Assembly: GCA_965207445.1 (NCBI GenBank)
Contig: CBDBLX010000002.1
Location: 2,039,849 to 2,103,848, forward strand
Length of the DNA: 64,000 nucleotides
Direction of reading: 5' to 3'
DNA from: Nitrosopumilus sp.
GTDB lineage: Archaea > Thermoproteota > Nitrososphaeria > Nitrososphaerales > Nitrosopumilaceae
In this document: positions 63,020 through 64,000 of the stretch, piece by piece
How positions within the stretch are numbered: position 1 is the first letter of the stretch
Layout of the letters: every line of letters starts with the position of its first letter
Position numbers and translations under genes: made by a program
The notes under the pieces: model-generated
What the model was told of the DNA's origin: nothing
The model's database searches: none
What the model saw: only the letters and a program-made list of their open reading frames with translations

Positions 63020-63091
63020 GCACACTTACAATCGAGTAACTAAAAGTAAAAAATATGCAGGACATAAATTATAGCGCAGAATTGCAGATGT

Positions 63092-64000
63092 ATGGTAAGA
63101 GTAGGTGTAATTGGTGCATCAGGATATGTGGGTGGCGAGACACTCAGGCTACTTGTAACACACCCAAAAGCAGAGATTGCAATGGTGACATCAAGACAGC
63201 ACGTGGGTCAATATCTTCACAGAATACAACCAAGTCTCAAAGGATTCACCGATCTGACATTCTCAGAGATGGATTATGACAAGGTATCTGACAAGTGTGA
63301 TCTAGTATTTACAGCAGTTCCACACGGAACGGCAACTGAGATAGTAAAGGCACTATATGACAGAGGTATAAAGATAATTGACTTGAGTGCAGATTATAGG
63401 CTGCACAATCAAGAAGGGTATGATAAATGGTATGGATGGGAACACTCACATCCAGATTATTTGGCAAAATCAGTATATGGTGTACCAGAGCTTCATAGAG
63501 ATGCCATCAAAGGTGCACAACTAGTCTCATGTCCAGGATGTATGGCAGTCACATCAATGCTTGCACTAGCGCCGCTTGTTAAAAATGATATTATAGATAC
63601 AGATCATATAGTAGTAGACTCTAAGATAGGCTCATCAGGTGCAGGGTCAGGTTCTGGAACTGCGCATGCTATGAGGGCAGGCGTCATCAGACCATACAAG
63701 CCTGCAAAGCATAGACATACAGGTGAGATTGAACAAGAGTTGAGTGAGATTGCAGGAAAAAAGATCAGAGTTTCAATGTCTCCACATGCAGTTGATGTGG
63801 TCAGAGGCATACTGTGTACAAATCACACATTTATGAAAAAAGACATTGATGAAAAAGAGTTATGGAAAGTATACAGGACAGCATATGGTGATGAAAAGTT
63901 TGTCAGACTCATTCGTGACAAAAAGGGATTGTACAAGTTCCCTGATCCAAAGTTTTTGGTAGGCTCTAACTTTTGTGACGTTGGATTTGACATTGATGAG
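63092..64000 (+). CDS. argC: LysW-gamma-aminoadipyl/glutamyl-phosphate reductase (ArgC/LysY), truncated by window end
   Basis: MVRVGVIGASGYVGGE, DLSADYRL, CPGC, GSSGAG. Confidence 0.92.
   Translation, partial: MVRVGVIGASGYVGGETLRLLVTHPKAEIAMVTSRQHVGQYLHRIQPSLKGFTDLTFSEMDYDKVSDKCDLVFTAVPHGTATEIVKALYDRGIKIIDLSADYRLHNQEGYDKWYGWEHSHPDYLAKSVYGVPELHRDAIKGAQLVSCPGCMAVTSMLALAPLVKNDIIDTDHIVVDSKIGSSGAGSGSGTAHAMRAGVIRPYKPAKHRHTGEIEQELSEIAGKKIRVSMSPHAVDVVRGILCTNHTFMKKDIDEKELWKVYRTAYGDEKFVRLIRDKKGLYKFPDPKFLVGSNFCDVGFDIDE

Noticed and set aside
1..64000. tRNA, rRNA, CRISPR-cas, prophage or reverse transcriptase loci
   Set aside because: None recognised by eye; tRNAscan-SE and Infernal would be needed to exclude them formally

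Overview
64 kb of an AT-rich ammonia-oxidising archaeon (Nitrosopumilaceae-like Thaumarchaeota), judged from nirK, cupredoxins, a divergent FtsZ, the lysW/lysX pathway, rpo7-spt4, L15e/L31e/L39e and nadACX. A housekeeping backbone is interspersed with simple-sequence expansions and several families of MITEs or non-autonomous IS derivatives, a pattern that suggests a host-associated lineage (inference). The main result is a nested mobile-element island at about 21.36-26.28 kb: an IS3-type orfA remnant was split by a TIR-bounded IS630-carrying element, and the right end of that element was then hit by an intact IS110-family recombinase element (23330-24746). Upstream of the IS110 gene is a predicted ~120-nt two-loop bridge-RNA-like structure. 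One loop matches the reconstructed insertion site (AATCA-CT-ATGC). The other matches the element's own circle junction, fully on one side and partly on the other. This is a candidate archaeal RNA-guided recombinase that appears to target the ends of another transposon. No tRNA, rRNA or CRISPR array was recognised. All calls come from reading the sequence by eye; no searches were run.
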